A DNA stretch of 37,720 nt, taken from Patescibacteria group bacterium. GTDB lineage: Bacteria; Patescibacteriota; Gracilibacteria; JAHISY01. Each line of letters opens with the position of its first letter. Position 1 is the first letter of the stretch. Positions 28,228 to 36,148 of the stretch are shown here, piece after piece. The notes under the pieces are model-generated. The model was given only the letters and a program-made list of their open reading frames with translations, did not search any database and had not been told where the DNA came from. Both the position numbers and the translations under genes were made by a program. The stretch lies in contig JAZDNQ010000010.1 in the NCBI GenBank assembly GCA_043799575.1, positions 1 through 37,720 on the forward strand, in the 5' to 3' direction.

Positions 28228-29595
28228 TCAAGCGCCTTCCTCGAGAAAACTGTGCCTAAGCCACTTTTTTTGAAAGTAAAAAATGAAAGCGAAGACCAGC
28301 GCGACTGTATTGCCAATCGGATAAGAAACCCAAATTCCCAGTTCACCGAGATGACAATTCGTCGAGAGAAAATAAGCAAACACGAAAGTCGCGAGCACTT
28401 GCGTCATCGCGAGAAACATCGAAGTTGTCGTTTGTCCGGCGGCTTTCAGCGTCCCGAGGATCACCATTTGAATGCCGATAAAACCGAAAGTCGGCGCGAT
28501 GAGACGAATGAAAAGCGCGGAAGTTGCGACTAATTCGGTCTCACCCGGGACGAGAAAATTCGCGATTTGCGGAGCAAAAATAAAAACTAAAACTCCTAAA
28601 ACCGTGAGCGAGCCGAACGCAATTTTCATACCCGCTTTCACGATTTTGAGCGTGCGATCGTGCTGCCGCGCGCCAAGATTGTTGCCAACCAAAGTATTCG
28701 ACGCCATCGCAAAACCGAGCGCCGGAATAATCACGAACATCAAAATGCGCGTCCCGATACCGAAAGCCGCAACGGCGAGCGTGCCGAAAGTCGCGACAAC
28801 CAAAGTCATCAAGACCATGCCGATCGAACGCGAAGACATCTCAAGCGAAGAGGGGACACCGAGCCGAAAAATCTTTTTCACCCAACTTTTTTGCAAAATA
28901 AAATCACGCAAACTCAAACCATAATTAAATTTGCGGGTGAAAAGTAGCGCGAGACCGATCACCGCCGAAAGCATCTCGGTAATGAAAGTCGCCCACGCGA
29001 CACCAGCGACACCGAGCGGCGGGATGAATTTCCAGCCGAAAAGGAACAGCGGATCGAGAAAAAAATTGAGAATCACTGTCCCGGTCACGATGTAAAACGG
29101 CAGCCGCACTTCGCCGATCCCGCGCAGCGAGGACTGAAAAATCATGAAAATAAACATCGCGGGCATCGTGAGAAAAGAAATTTGCAAATAATCCGTCGCC
29201 CACGGCAGAACATTCGGATCGTCGGTGAGAAAACCGAGCGACCAATGCGCAAGCAAATAACCGAGCGCGCCAATCAAAATTGAAACCAAAACAACAAAAG
29301 AAATCGTTTGCCCGGTCGCGCGCGCGACTTGTTGTTTTTCACCGCGACCGTTGAATTGGGCGACGAGAATCGATCCGGCGAGCGTGAGTCCCATCGCAAG
29401 CGATTGGAGGAAAAAAATAATCGGCATCGAGAGCGAGACTGCCGCGACTGCGTCCGTCCCGATTCGACCCACCCAAAAAGTATCGATTAATTGATAAACC
29501 GTTTGAATCGTATTGACGAGAATGACCGGAATTGCGATCGAGAGAATCGAGCGGACGATCGGACCTTCAAGCAGTTTTTTTTGGCGAGCTTCCAT
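28228..29595 (-). CDS. MATE family efflux transporter
   Basis: YQLIDTFWVGRIG, LNFFLDPLFLFG, LGVAGVAWAT; about 12 TMs. Confidence 0.93.
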   Translation of the reverse strand: MEARQKKLLEGPIVRSILSIAIPVILVNTIQTVYQLIDTFWVGRIGTDAVAAVSLSMPIIFFLQSLAMGLTLAGSILVAQFNGRGEKQQVARATGQTISFVVLVSILIGALGYLLAHWSLGFLTDDPNVLPWATDYLQISFLTMPAMFIFMIFQSSLRGIGEVRLPFYIVTGTVILNFFLDPLFLFGWKFIPPLGVAGVAWATFITEMLSAVIGLALLFTRKFNYGLSLRDFILQKSWVKKIFRLGVPSSLEMSSRSIGMVLMTLVVATFGTLAVAAFGIGTRILMFVIIPALGFAMASNTLVGNNLGARQHDRTLKIVKAGMKIAFGSLTVLGVLVFIFAPQIANFLVPGETELVATSALFIRLIAPTFGFIGIQMVILGTLKAAGQTTTSMFLAMTQVLATFVFAYFLSTNCHLGELGIWVSYPIGNTVALVFAFIFYFQKKWLRHSFLEEGA

Positions 29596-29620
29596 ACTGA
29601 TGTATTAAAATTAGCTGTTT

Positions 29621-30088
29621 TCAAATCCTAAAATCCTCTCCATTAAAAATGGACTGTTGAAGTTTTTCAATCTCATCTATAAGGTTTATTAAATTTTTAG
29701 AAAAGCTGTCTATATCAGACTCAGCTTTTTCTTCTTTCTTATACAAGAGTCCTCGCTTTCTCTTAGCTACTATTTTTATTCTTTCAATCTCTCCCTCCAT
29801 TTCAGGATGACGATAAAGATGCACTGAATGAAATATCTGATTTCTTTTCTCTTCAGCCTGGCTTAGTTTAACAATCAAACTATCAACTTCTTCTCTCTCG
29901 GGAAATTTATATCGCATAATACAAGAAAGTGCATCTAAAAGATTTTTAAAAGACATTTGTGCAACTGCAATAGCTCCGATTTTATTGTCTTCAGAAATCA
30001 ATCTGGCTAACAAAGCTCCCAGCATGAACTCCACGATAGAAAAATTATGCGCAGCACTACCGATCTTTTCGAAAAATTTTTTTTGCAT
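29621..30088 (-). CDS. Helical protein with HEPN-like Rx4H motif
   Basis: KRNQIFHS motif, N-terminal IG...F..VE helix; AT-rich gene 16 nt past the tRNA-Pro 3' end. Confidence 0.55.
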   Translation of the reverse strand: MQKKFFEKIGSAAHNFSIVEFMLGALLARLISEDNKIGAIAVAQMSFKNLLDALSCIMRYKFPEREEVDSLIVKLSQAEEKRNQIFHSVHLYRHPEMEGEIERIKIVAKRKRGLLYKKEEKAESDIDSFSKNLINLIDEIEKLQQSIFNGEDFRI

Positions 30089-30104
30089 AAAAAATTTTAA
30101 TTTT

Positions 30105-30181
30105 TGGTCGGGGTGAGAGGACTTGAACCTCCGACCTCACGCACCCCATGCGTGCGCGCTAGCCAACTGCGCCACACCCCG
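30105..30181 (-). tRNA. tRNA-Pro(GGG)
   Basis: CGGGGTG acceptor, anticodon arm CACGC-atGGGgt-GCGTG, encoded CCA. Confidence 0.95.
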
Positions 30182-30206
30182 ATAATATTTCTTGAAGAGA
30201 TTTTAA

Positions 30207-30344
30207 AGGACTTGCCCAGCCAGAGGCGGGTCCGCCTCCGGCGGAAACCTCCGACCTTCCCGATGCCCATCGGGACGCGCTAGCCAACCCTGCCTGCCGG
30301 CAGCCAACTGCGGGACAAAATCCAGCCTTCGGCTCCACACCCCG
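30207..30344 (-). pseudogene. tRNA-Pro-derived copy interrupted by palindromic inserts (copy 1)
   Basis: Collinear tRNA-Pro blocks separated by hairpin inserts; no 3' acceptor strand. Confidence 0.8.
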
Positions 30345-30355
30345 ATTCGCGGATT

Positions 30356-31384
30356 TTATTTCTTTTTGAGAAAAAATGCACCGAGTGCACTCGCGAGCGG
30401 CGCAGCCAAAACAAGTGCAAGTGAGCCGACCAAAGTGCGGACAATTTCCTCCGCGGCGAACTCGGAATTCACAAGCGCCCAGAGCGGCTGATTGCCGTCG
30501 ACCGCGAAAAGCAAAATCAGTGGCAACGCAACGCCGGCGTACGCGAGCGCGAGCGTATTCACCATCGACGCGATGTGCTCCCGACCGACGCGCAAACTGC
30601 GTTTGAAAATTTCGCGGCGCGATAAATTTGGATTGGCCAAAATTAATTCGTCGGCAGTCGTCACCTCAGCGACAGTAATGTCGTCCAAAACTCCGAGCGC
30701 GCCGAGCAAAATTCCCGCGAGCAACAAACCTTTCAAGTCGAGATTTTGGAAAACACCGCTCGTAAGATAAAAACTTTCTTCCGTGCCTGTACCAAAAAGT
30801 GATGCGAAATTGGTGAAAAAAATCGCGAGTCCGGTCGAGACGGCGAGCGTCGCAAGCGTCGCGAGAAAAGCTAGCCACGAGCGAAAATTGAAACCATGCG
30901 CGAGAAAAATCGTGACTCCGGCGATCAAAACACAGCCCGCAAGTCCGACCCAAAGCGGGGGATAGCTCGCTGCCAAAGCCGGAATTATTCCGAATAAAAT
31001 CAGTCCGATCGACGCGGCGAGACCGAGCAGCGCGGTGAATCCACGCCAGCCGCCGACCGCGATCAGGATCGCGACGAAGATCGCGACGATCCCGAGCAGG
31101 GCAGCGAGTCGATAATGATCGTAAATTTGCCAAACCATTTTGCCCTCGACATCGAAACGCCCCAAAACAAATTTTTCACCCAAGACCGGTTTTTGATTCG
31201 CCGTCGTGATGAATTCCGGATCAACCTCGACCTCGACCGACCGACCGTCGAGCATTTCGAAAGTCGATTTGTCCTTTTGAATATCGGTGACTTTGCCGAC
31301 TGCGAAATCAAATTCATTATTTTCGGCCAAAGCGAAATTACTCAAGAAAATGAAAAGCGAGATTGCGAGTAATATTTTTTTCAA
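30356..31384 (-). CDS. YibE/F family membrane protein
   Basis: LLLAGILLGALGVLDDITV, VGREHIASMVNTLALAYAG, EEIVRTLVGSLAL. Confidence 0.9.
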   Translation of the reverse strand: MKKILLAISLFIFLSNFALAENNEFDFAVGKVTDIQKDKSTFEMLDGRSVEVEVDPEFITTANQKPVLGEKFVLGRFDVEGKMVWQIYDHYRLAALLGIVAIFVAILIAVGGWRGFTALLGLAASIGLILFGIIPALAASYPPLWVGLAGCVLIAGVTIFLAHGFNFRSWLAFLATLATLAVSTGLAIFFTNFASLFGTGTEESFYLTSGVFQNLDLKGLLLAGILLGALGVLDDITVAEVTTADELILANPNLSRREIFKRSLRVGREHIASMVNTLALAYAGVALPLILLFAVDGNQPLWALVNSEFAAEEIVRTLVGSLALVLAAPLASALGAFFLKKK

Positions 31385-31403
31385 GATTCCAAAACTGACG
31401 AAT

Positions 31404-31431
31404 CCAGCCGAAGCCCGAAGGCGAAGGCTGG
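31404..31431. repeat. Nested palindrome at the tRNA-Pro(CGG) 3' end
   Basis: ccagcc-gaa-gcc-cgaa-ggc-gaa-ggctgg, overlapping the encoded CCA. Confidence 0.7.
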
Positions 31432-31505
31432 TCGGGGTGAGAGGACTTGAACCTCCGACCTCGTCGACCCGAACGACGCGCGCTAGCCAACTGCGCTACA
31501 CCCCG
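31429..31505 (-). tRNA. tRNA-Pro(CGG)
   Basis: Anticodon arm CGTCG-ttCGGgt-CGACG, encoded CCA. Confidence 0.95.
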
Positions 31506-31530
31506 ATGTTATTTCTTGAAGAGATTTTAA

Positions 31531-31648
31531 AGGACTTGCCCAGCCATAGGCGGGTCCGCCTCCGGCGGAAACCGACGACCTTCCCGATGTCCATCGGGAC
31601 GCGCTAGCCAACTGCGGGACGAAGTCCAGCCTTCGGCTCTACACCTCG
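31531..31648 (-). pseudogene. tRNA-Pro-derived copy interrupted by palindromic inserts (copy 2)
   Basis: Near-identical to 30207-30344 but lacking one 20-nt insert. Confidence 0.8.
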
Positions 31649-31667
31649 AAAGTTCGCGAATTTTAGT

Positions 31668-32111
31668 CTAGCGGCGCAAACGCTGCAATTCTTTTTGGAA
31701 ACTCGCGACATCTTTAAATTCGCGATAAACCGAAGCGTAGCGAATGTACGCGACATCGTCGAGCTGTTTCAAGGCTTTCATGACGAGATTGCCAATTTTG
31801 CGCGAATCAACTTCTTTCTCGCCGCGCAGCTCCTCTTCGATCGCGTTGAGAATCAATTCGATTTGATCTTGGCGCACTGGCCTTTTTTGGCAAGCCACCC
31901 AAAGACTTTTTTCCAATTTCTCGCGAGTGAATGGCTCGCGGTTGCCATCTTTTTTGACCACAATGCAATTCGGTGAATCGACGCGCTCGTAAGTCGTAAA
32001 ACGAAAACCGCATTTGAGACATTCGCGACGACGGCGAATCGAATTGCCACCATCTGCCGCACGCGAATCAATCACGCTGGTATCCTCGGCACCACATTTT
32101 TGGCAAATCAT
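31668..32111 (-). CDS. nrdR: Transcriptional repressor NrdR
   Basis: CxxC...VIDSR...IRRRREC..CGFRFTTYE zinc ribbon, ATP cone, VAYIRYASVYREF. Confidence 0.96.
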   Translation of the reverse strand: MICQKCGAEDTSVIDSRAADGGNSIRRRRECLKCGFRFTTYERVDSPNCIVVKKDGNREPFTREKLEKSLWVACQKRPVRQDQIELILNAIEEELRGEKEVDSRKIGNLVMKALKQLDDVAYIRYASVYREFKDVASFQKELQRLRR

Positions 32112-32116
32112 CAGAG

Positions 32117-32171
32117 AATTTTCGAATTTTCAATTTTCGAATTTTCAAACAATTCTCAAAATTCAAAAATT
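32117..32171. repeat. 7-8-nt tandem repeat array
   Basis: aattttcg aattttc aattttcg aattttc aaac aattctc aaaattc aaaaatt. Confidence 0.7.
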
Positions 32172-32234
32172 GACTAAAAATACTTTACTCAAAATTATAC
32201 GAATTGGAAAGCTCCTTTCGCAACCTTAGCGACT

Positions 32235-33275
32235 TTATCTGCCTTCTAAACCTTTACTATCGATCCCGAGAAATTCAAAAGCGGCTGGTGTCGCGACCCG
32301 TCCGCGGGGAGTGCGCGCGATCAACCCGAGTTGCAGCAAATATGGCTCGACGACAGTCTCGATCGTATCCATTTCTTCCGAAGCGGCTGCGGCGAGTGTC
32401 GACAATCCGACCGGACCGCCCGCGAATTTTTTGACGAGAATCTCGAGAATCCGGCGGTCGTGTGCGTCAAGTCCGAACGAATCGACGCCGAGATTTTTCA
32501 AACCAGACTCGACGACACCACAGTGAATTACTCCGGAATGTTCGATTTCCGCGAAATCGCGCATCCGTCGGAGCAGTCGATTCGCGATCCGCGGCGTCGC
32601 ACGCGCGGATTTCGCCAATTTTTCGCACGCGGCGGGTTCAATTTCGACTCCCAAAATTTGCGCCGAGCGCGCGAGAATTTTTTCGATTTCGGAATTTTGG
32701 TAAAAATCCAAGCGGAAAATTGAACCGAAGCGGTCGCGCAGCGGCGCGGACAGTCCTGAGAATTTCGTAGTCGCACCGACGAGCGTGAATCGCGGCACAT
32801 CGAGCCGCATCGTTTTCGCGCTCGGACCTTTTCCCAAAACCAAATCGATCGCGAAATCTTCCATCGCGGAGTACAAAACTTCCTCGACGACGGTGCGCAG
32901 TCGGTGAATTTCGTCGATGAAAAGGAGATCGCCGGGCTGCAAATTCGTCAAAATCGCGGCGAGATCGCCGGCTTTTTCGAGCGCGGGACCGGAAGTGATC
33001 CGCAAATTCACGCCGAGTTCGTTCGCGAGAACTGTTGCCAAAGTCGTTTTCCCGAGTCCCGGCGGTCCGTAGAATAAAGTGTGTTCGAGCGGCTCGCCGC
33101 GTTTTTTCGCCGCCGCGAGGAAGACTTTTAAATTTTTTTTCAAATCGGACTGCCCGATGTATTCGTCGAAACTGCCGGGGCGCAGCGTCGCGTCGAATTT
33201 CGAAAATTCGTCCGACTCGGCGGTCGGCGCGACCGGACTTTTTTTCTTCGCGGAATTTTTTTCGCGTTCGATCAT
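32235..33275 (-). CDS. ruvB: Holliday junction branch migration helicase RuvB
   Basis: [45 protein letters not shown]; start set at ATG 33275. Confidence 0.96.
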   Translation of the reverse strand: MIEREKNSAKKKSPVAPTAESDEFSKFDATLRPGSFDEYIGQSDLKKNLKVFLAAAKKRGEPLEHTLFYGPPGLGKTTLATVLANELGVNLRITSGPALEKAGDLAAILTNLQPGDLLFIDEIHRLRTVVEEVLYSAMEDFAIDLVLGKGPSAKTMRLDVPRFTLVGATTKFSGLSAPLRDRFGSIFRLDFYQNSEIEKILARSAQILGVEIEPAACEKLAKSARATPRIANRLLRRMRDFAEIEHSGVIHCGVVESGLKNLGVDSFGLDAHDRRILEILVKKFAGGPVGLSTLAAAASEEMDTIETVVEPYLLQLGLIARTPRGRVATPAAFEFLGIDSKGLEGR

Positions 33276-33276
33276 T

Positions 33277-33372
33277 TCATAAAACATGAAGCATGGAACA
33301 TGAAACAAAAAATTTCTTCTTAGTTCTTAGTTCTTATTCCTTATTCCTTACTTCTTACTCCTTAATTCTTTG
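33277..33372. repeat. Two abutting heptamer arrays
   Basis: (acatgaa)-like x4-5 then eight t[tc]cttaN-like units ending flush at the tRNA-Arg CCA. Confidence 0.8.
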
Positions 33373-33449
33373 TGGCGTCCCCGGGATGATTCGAACATCC
33401 GACCTTTGCCTTAGAAGGGCACTGCTCTATCCAGCTGAGCTACGGGGAC
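33373..33449 (-). tRNA. tRNA-Arg(TCT)
   Basis: GTCCCCG acceptor, loop ctTCTaa, GTTCGAATC, encoded CCA. Confidence 0.93.
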
Positions 33450-33461
33450 ATAAGTTAAGTT

Positions 33462-33566
33462 TGGCGACGCAGTCCGCCGAAGCCTGGGCGAAGGCGGAAG
33501 CTACGAGCGCAAATTGGGAACATTTTAGCGGACTTGTCCGCCGTAGTCTCGAGAGACGAAGGCAGA
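33462..33566. repeat. Two nested palindromes flanking a tRNA 5'-end-like fragment
   Basis: tccgccgaagcctgggcgaaggcgga (33473-33498), tccgccgtagtctcgagagacgaaggcaga (33537-33566), and GCGCTCGTAGCT on the minus strand (33499-33510). Confidence 0.65.
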
Positions 33567-33567
33567 T

Positions 33568-33596
33568 TTGCAGGTGGGGGAGAAAAAAGTTAAAAT
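33568..33596 (+). promoter_or_regulatory. Sigma70 promoter for the structured RNA and rny
   Basis: TTGCAG-17 nt-TAAAAT. Confidence 0.65.
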
Positions 33597-33602
33597 CGGG
33601 AC

Positions 33603-33746
33603 ACAAAACCTCAAACAGTTTTCTATTTTGAATTCGGAAAAATGCTGACACGAGCAGTTTGGAAATATTCCAAAGAGCCGCTTACAGAAGCCAAAAAACC
33701 TCTCGAACGAATCGCGAGTTTTTCGAGTTAAAACTGTTTGGGGGTT
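33603..33746 (+). ncRNA. Candidate compact 6S RNA (or structured rny leader)
   Basis: Closing stem caaacagtttt/aaaactgtttg extended by aacct/ggggtt, A-rich central bubble, apical tttggaa-ata-ttccaaa hairpin; directly upstream of rny. Confidence 0.55.
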
Positions 33747-33764
33747 ATTTTTAATCCCCACAAA

Positions 33765-35351
33765 ATGGATTCCTCAATTTTATTGCTCATTGCTGGGCTG
33801 ATCGCTGGCGCGGCCGGCGGTTTCTTTTTCGCCGCTGGAAAATTCAAAAAGCAGACCGAGGACTCAGCCAAAAAAGCGGCCAAGATTATTTCCGACGCTG
33901 AGGCGCACGCTCGGGAAATCGAGAAACACGCTCACGAAAGCGAAAAACGCGCCCACGCCACAGTCGAAGATTCGCGGAAAGAGGCTGAAAAAAATCGTGA
34001 AAAAGCCGAAAAAATTCTCGCCGAGGCGAAGACCGAAGAGAAAGAAATTAAGTCAAAAATCGCCGCGAGTGAGCAGCGACTTGTCGAAAAAGAGAAAAAT
34101 CTCGATACGAAAATCGACAATCTCGAAAAACAGAAAATTACTCTCGAAAGCCGAGAAAAAGAAATTGAAGACATAAAAGTCGAGGCCGAGAAAATCCGCG
34201 ATCAGGAAAAAACCAAACTCGAACAAGTCGCGAAATTGTCGAAAGACGAGGCCAAAAAACAATTACTCGAAAAAGTCGAAAAAGAAAACGAGGCCGAACT
34301 GCTCAAAAAAATTCAGGAAGGTGAGGCGAAAGCGAAGCTTGAAGCCGACAAAAAAGCGGGGAATATCATCGCCGCGGCTATTCAAAGAATGGCGCAGGAA
34401 GCGACGAGCGAGTCGACCGTGACCCTCGTCCCGCTCGCGGACGACGGATTGAAAGGGCGCATCATCGGCCGCGAAGGTCGGAATATCACCGCTTTCGAAA
34501 TGGCGACCGGGGTCGATGTGATCGTCGACGATACGCCCGGTGCGGTTTTAATTTCGGGATTCGATCTTTTGCGAAGATATGTCGCGAAAACCGCCCTCGA
34601 AAAATTGATTTCGGACGGTCGCATCCATCCGGCGCGCATCGAGGAGACTGTGAAAAAAGCGGAAGAAGACGCGCAAAAATTGATGCAAGAATGGGGCGAA
34701 CAACTCGCGGTCGAGACCGGCGTCGTCGGACTCCCGCCGAATTTATTGAAATTGATCGGGCGATTGAGATTTCGAACGAGTTACGGTCAAAATGTTTTAA
34801 AACACTCCGCGGAGGCGGCATGGCTCGGCGCGGCGATCGCGAGCGAGCTCGGCGCGGATGTGAAAACCGTGAAAACCGCGTGTCTCCTCCACGACATCGG
34901 AAAAGCGGTCGACCACGAAGTCGAAGGTCCGCACGCCGTCATCGGCGCGAACATTTTGCGCAAATTTAAAATCCCAGAAGAAATCGTCCACGCGGTCGAG
35001 GCGCACCACGAAGATGTGCCGATCGAATCTATGACCGATATCATCGTCCAAGTCGCGGACGCGATTTCGGCGAGTCGGCCGGGCGCGCGTCGCGAAAGTC
35101 TCGATGCATACATCAAGCGTCTTGAAGAACTCGAAAATATTTCGAAAAGTTTCGGCGGCGTCGCGAATGCTTTCGCGATTCAAGCTGGTCGGGAAGTGCG
35201 CGTGATCGTGAAACCGGACGAAATCGACGATCTCGCCGCGCACAAATTGGCGAAAGAAATCTCAGCGCGCATCGAATCGGAAATGACTTACCCGGGGCAA
35301 ATCAAAGTGAATGTCATCCGCGAAACTCGGGCTGAGGAGCTAGCGAAGTAA
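33765..35351 (+). CDS. rny: Ribonuclease Y
   Basis: N-terminal TM, coiled coil, KH (KGRIIGREGRNI), HD (LLHDIGKA), ADAISASRPGAR. Confidence 0.96.
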   Translation: MDSSILLLIAGLIAGAAGGFFFAAGKFKKQTEDSAKKAAKIISDAEAHAREIEKHAHESEKRAHATVEDSRKEAEKNREKAEKILAEAKTEEKEIKSKIAASEQRLVEKEKNLDTKIDNLEKQKITLESREKEIEDIKVEAEKIRDQEKTKLEQVAKLSKDEAKKQLLEKVEKENEAELLKKIQEGEAKAKLEADKKAGNIIAAAIQRMAQEATSESTVTLVPLADDGLKGRIIGREGRNITAFEMATGVDVIVDDTPGAVLISGFDLLRRYVAKTALEKLISDGRIHPARIEETVKKAEEDAQKLMQEWGEQLAVETGVVGLPPNLLKLIGRLRFRTSYGQNVLKHSAEAAWLGAAIASELGADVKTVKTACLLHDIGKAVDHEVEGPHAVIGANILRKFKIPEEIVHAVEAHHEDVPIESMTDIIVQVADAISASRPGARRESLDAYIKRLEELENISKSFGGVANAFAIQAGREVRVIVKPDEIDDLAAHKLAKEISARIESEMTYPGQIKVNVIRETRAEELAK

Positions 35352-35366
35352 TTTTTAATTTAAAAA

Positions 35367-36101
35367 ATGGGAACGATTTTCCTCGCGACCGGACTCGCAT
35401 TTCTCGCTTTTCTCGGCGGAGGAGTCTTGTCGCATCGCTTTTCCCATTTTCTCGCGCGGAATGCCGGGCCGGTGATCGCATTCGGGAGCGGCGCGATGCT
35501 CGCGATTACTTTTTTGCATGTTTTGCCAGAGGCGATTGCGACAGCGGGCGAACCAGCTTGGTGGCTCGTCTTGGCTGGAATTTTGTTTTTCTTTACGCTG
35601 GAACATTTTTTCTATTTGCATGGTTGCCCCGATCACGATCATCCCGGCGAATGCGAAAATCACGCGCTCGGTCCGCTCGCTGCGATCGGCATCGGGACGC
35701 ACTCTTTTTTCGATGGCGTCCTGATCGTCTTCGCTTTTCTCGTCAATCCAGTGCTGGGCTGGATGACCGCGCTTGGCATCGTCCTGCACAAATTCCCGGC
35801 CGGAGCGATTTTGCATTCGCTGATTTGCCACAAAAAGGATCACTCCAAAAAGCAGTTGTGGTGGATTTTCGCCGTCGCCGCGACGACTCCGCTCGCCGCG
35901 ATTTTCACGCCTTGGCTGCGGAAATTTTCCGAGCAAGAGATCGGCTTCGGTCTGGCTTTCTCGGCAGGAACTTTGCTCTATATCACGCTTTCCGATTTGC
36001 TGCCCGAGACACATCACGCGAAAAACAGACTGAACCTCGTTTTTTTACTAATCGGCATTGCTCTGATTTTTAGTTTTGGTTATTTCTTCCCGGTCGAATA
36101 G
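35367..36101 (+). CDS. ZIP family metal transporter
   Basis: FLHVLPEA, His/Cys loop, HSFFDG, LHKFPAG, LSDLLPETH. Confidence 0.9.
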   Translation: MGTIFLATGLAFLAFLGGGVLSHRFSHFLARNAGPVIAFGSGAMLAITFLHVLPEAIATAGEPAWWLVLAGILFFFTLEHFFYLHGCPDHDHPGECENHALGPLAAIGIGTHSFFDGVLIVFAFLVNPVLGWMTALGIVLHKFPAGAILHSLICHKKDHSKKQLWWIFAVAATTPLAAIFTPWLRKFSEQEIGFGLAFSAGTLLYITLSDLLPETHHAKNRLNLVFLLIGIALIFSFGYFFPVE

Positions 36102-36148
36102 ACCAAAAGCTCGCGCAATTCGAGATTTATCTGTAAAATCTCGCGGCT

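Noticed and set aside
31287-31607. 106-aa ORF
   Set aside because: Antisense to YibE/F, tRNA-Pro and the repeat; spurious
30207-31648. Shadow copies as functional intron-containing tRNAs
   Set aside because: They lack the 3' acceptor strand, CCA and a normal anticodon loop
30105-31648. Integrated element carrying the YibE/F gene between att sites
   Set aside because: No integrase; both flanking tRNAs are complete with different anticodons; YibE/F looks host-like in composition
33276-33308. RuvB N-terminal extension [11 protein letters not shown]
   Set aside because: It is the translation of a heptamer repeat array; ATG 33275 preferred
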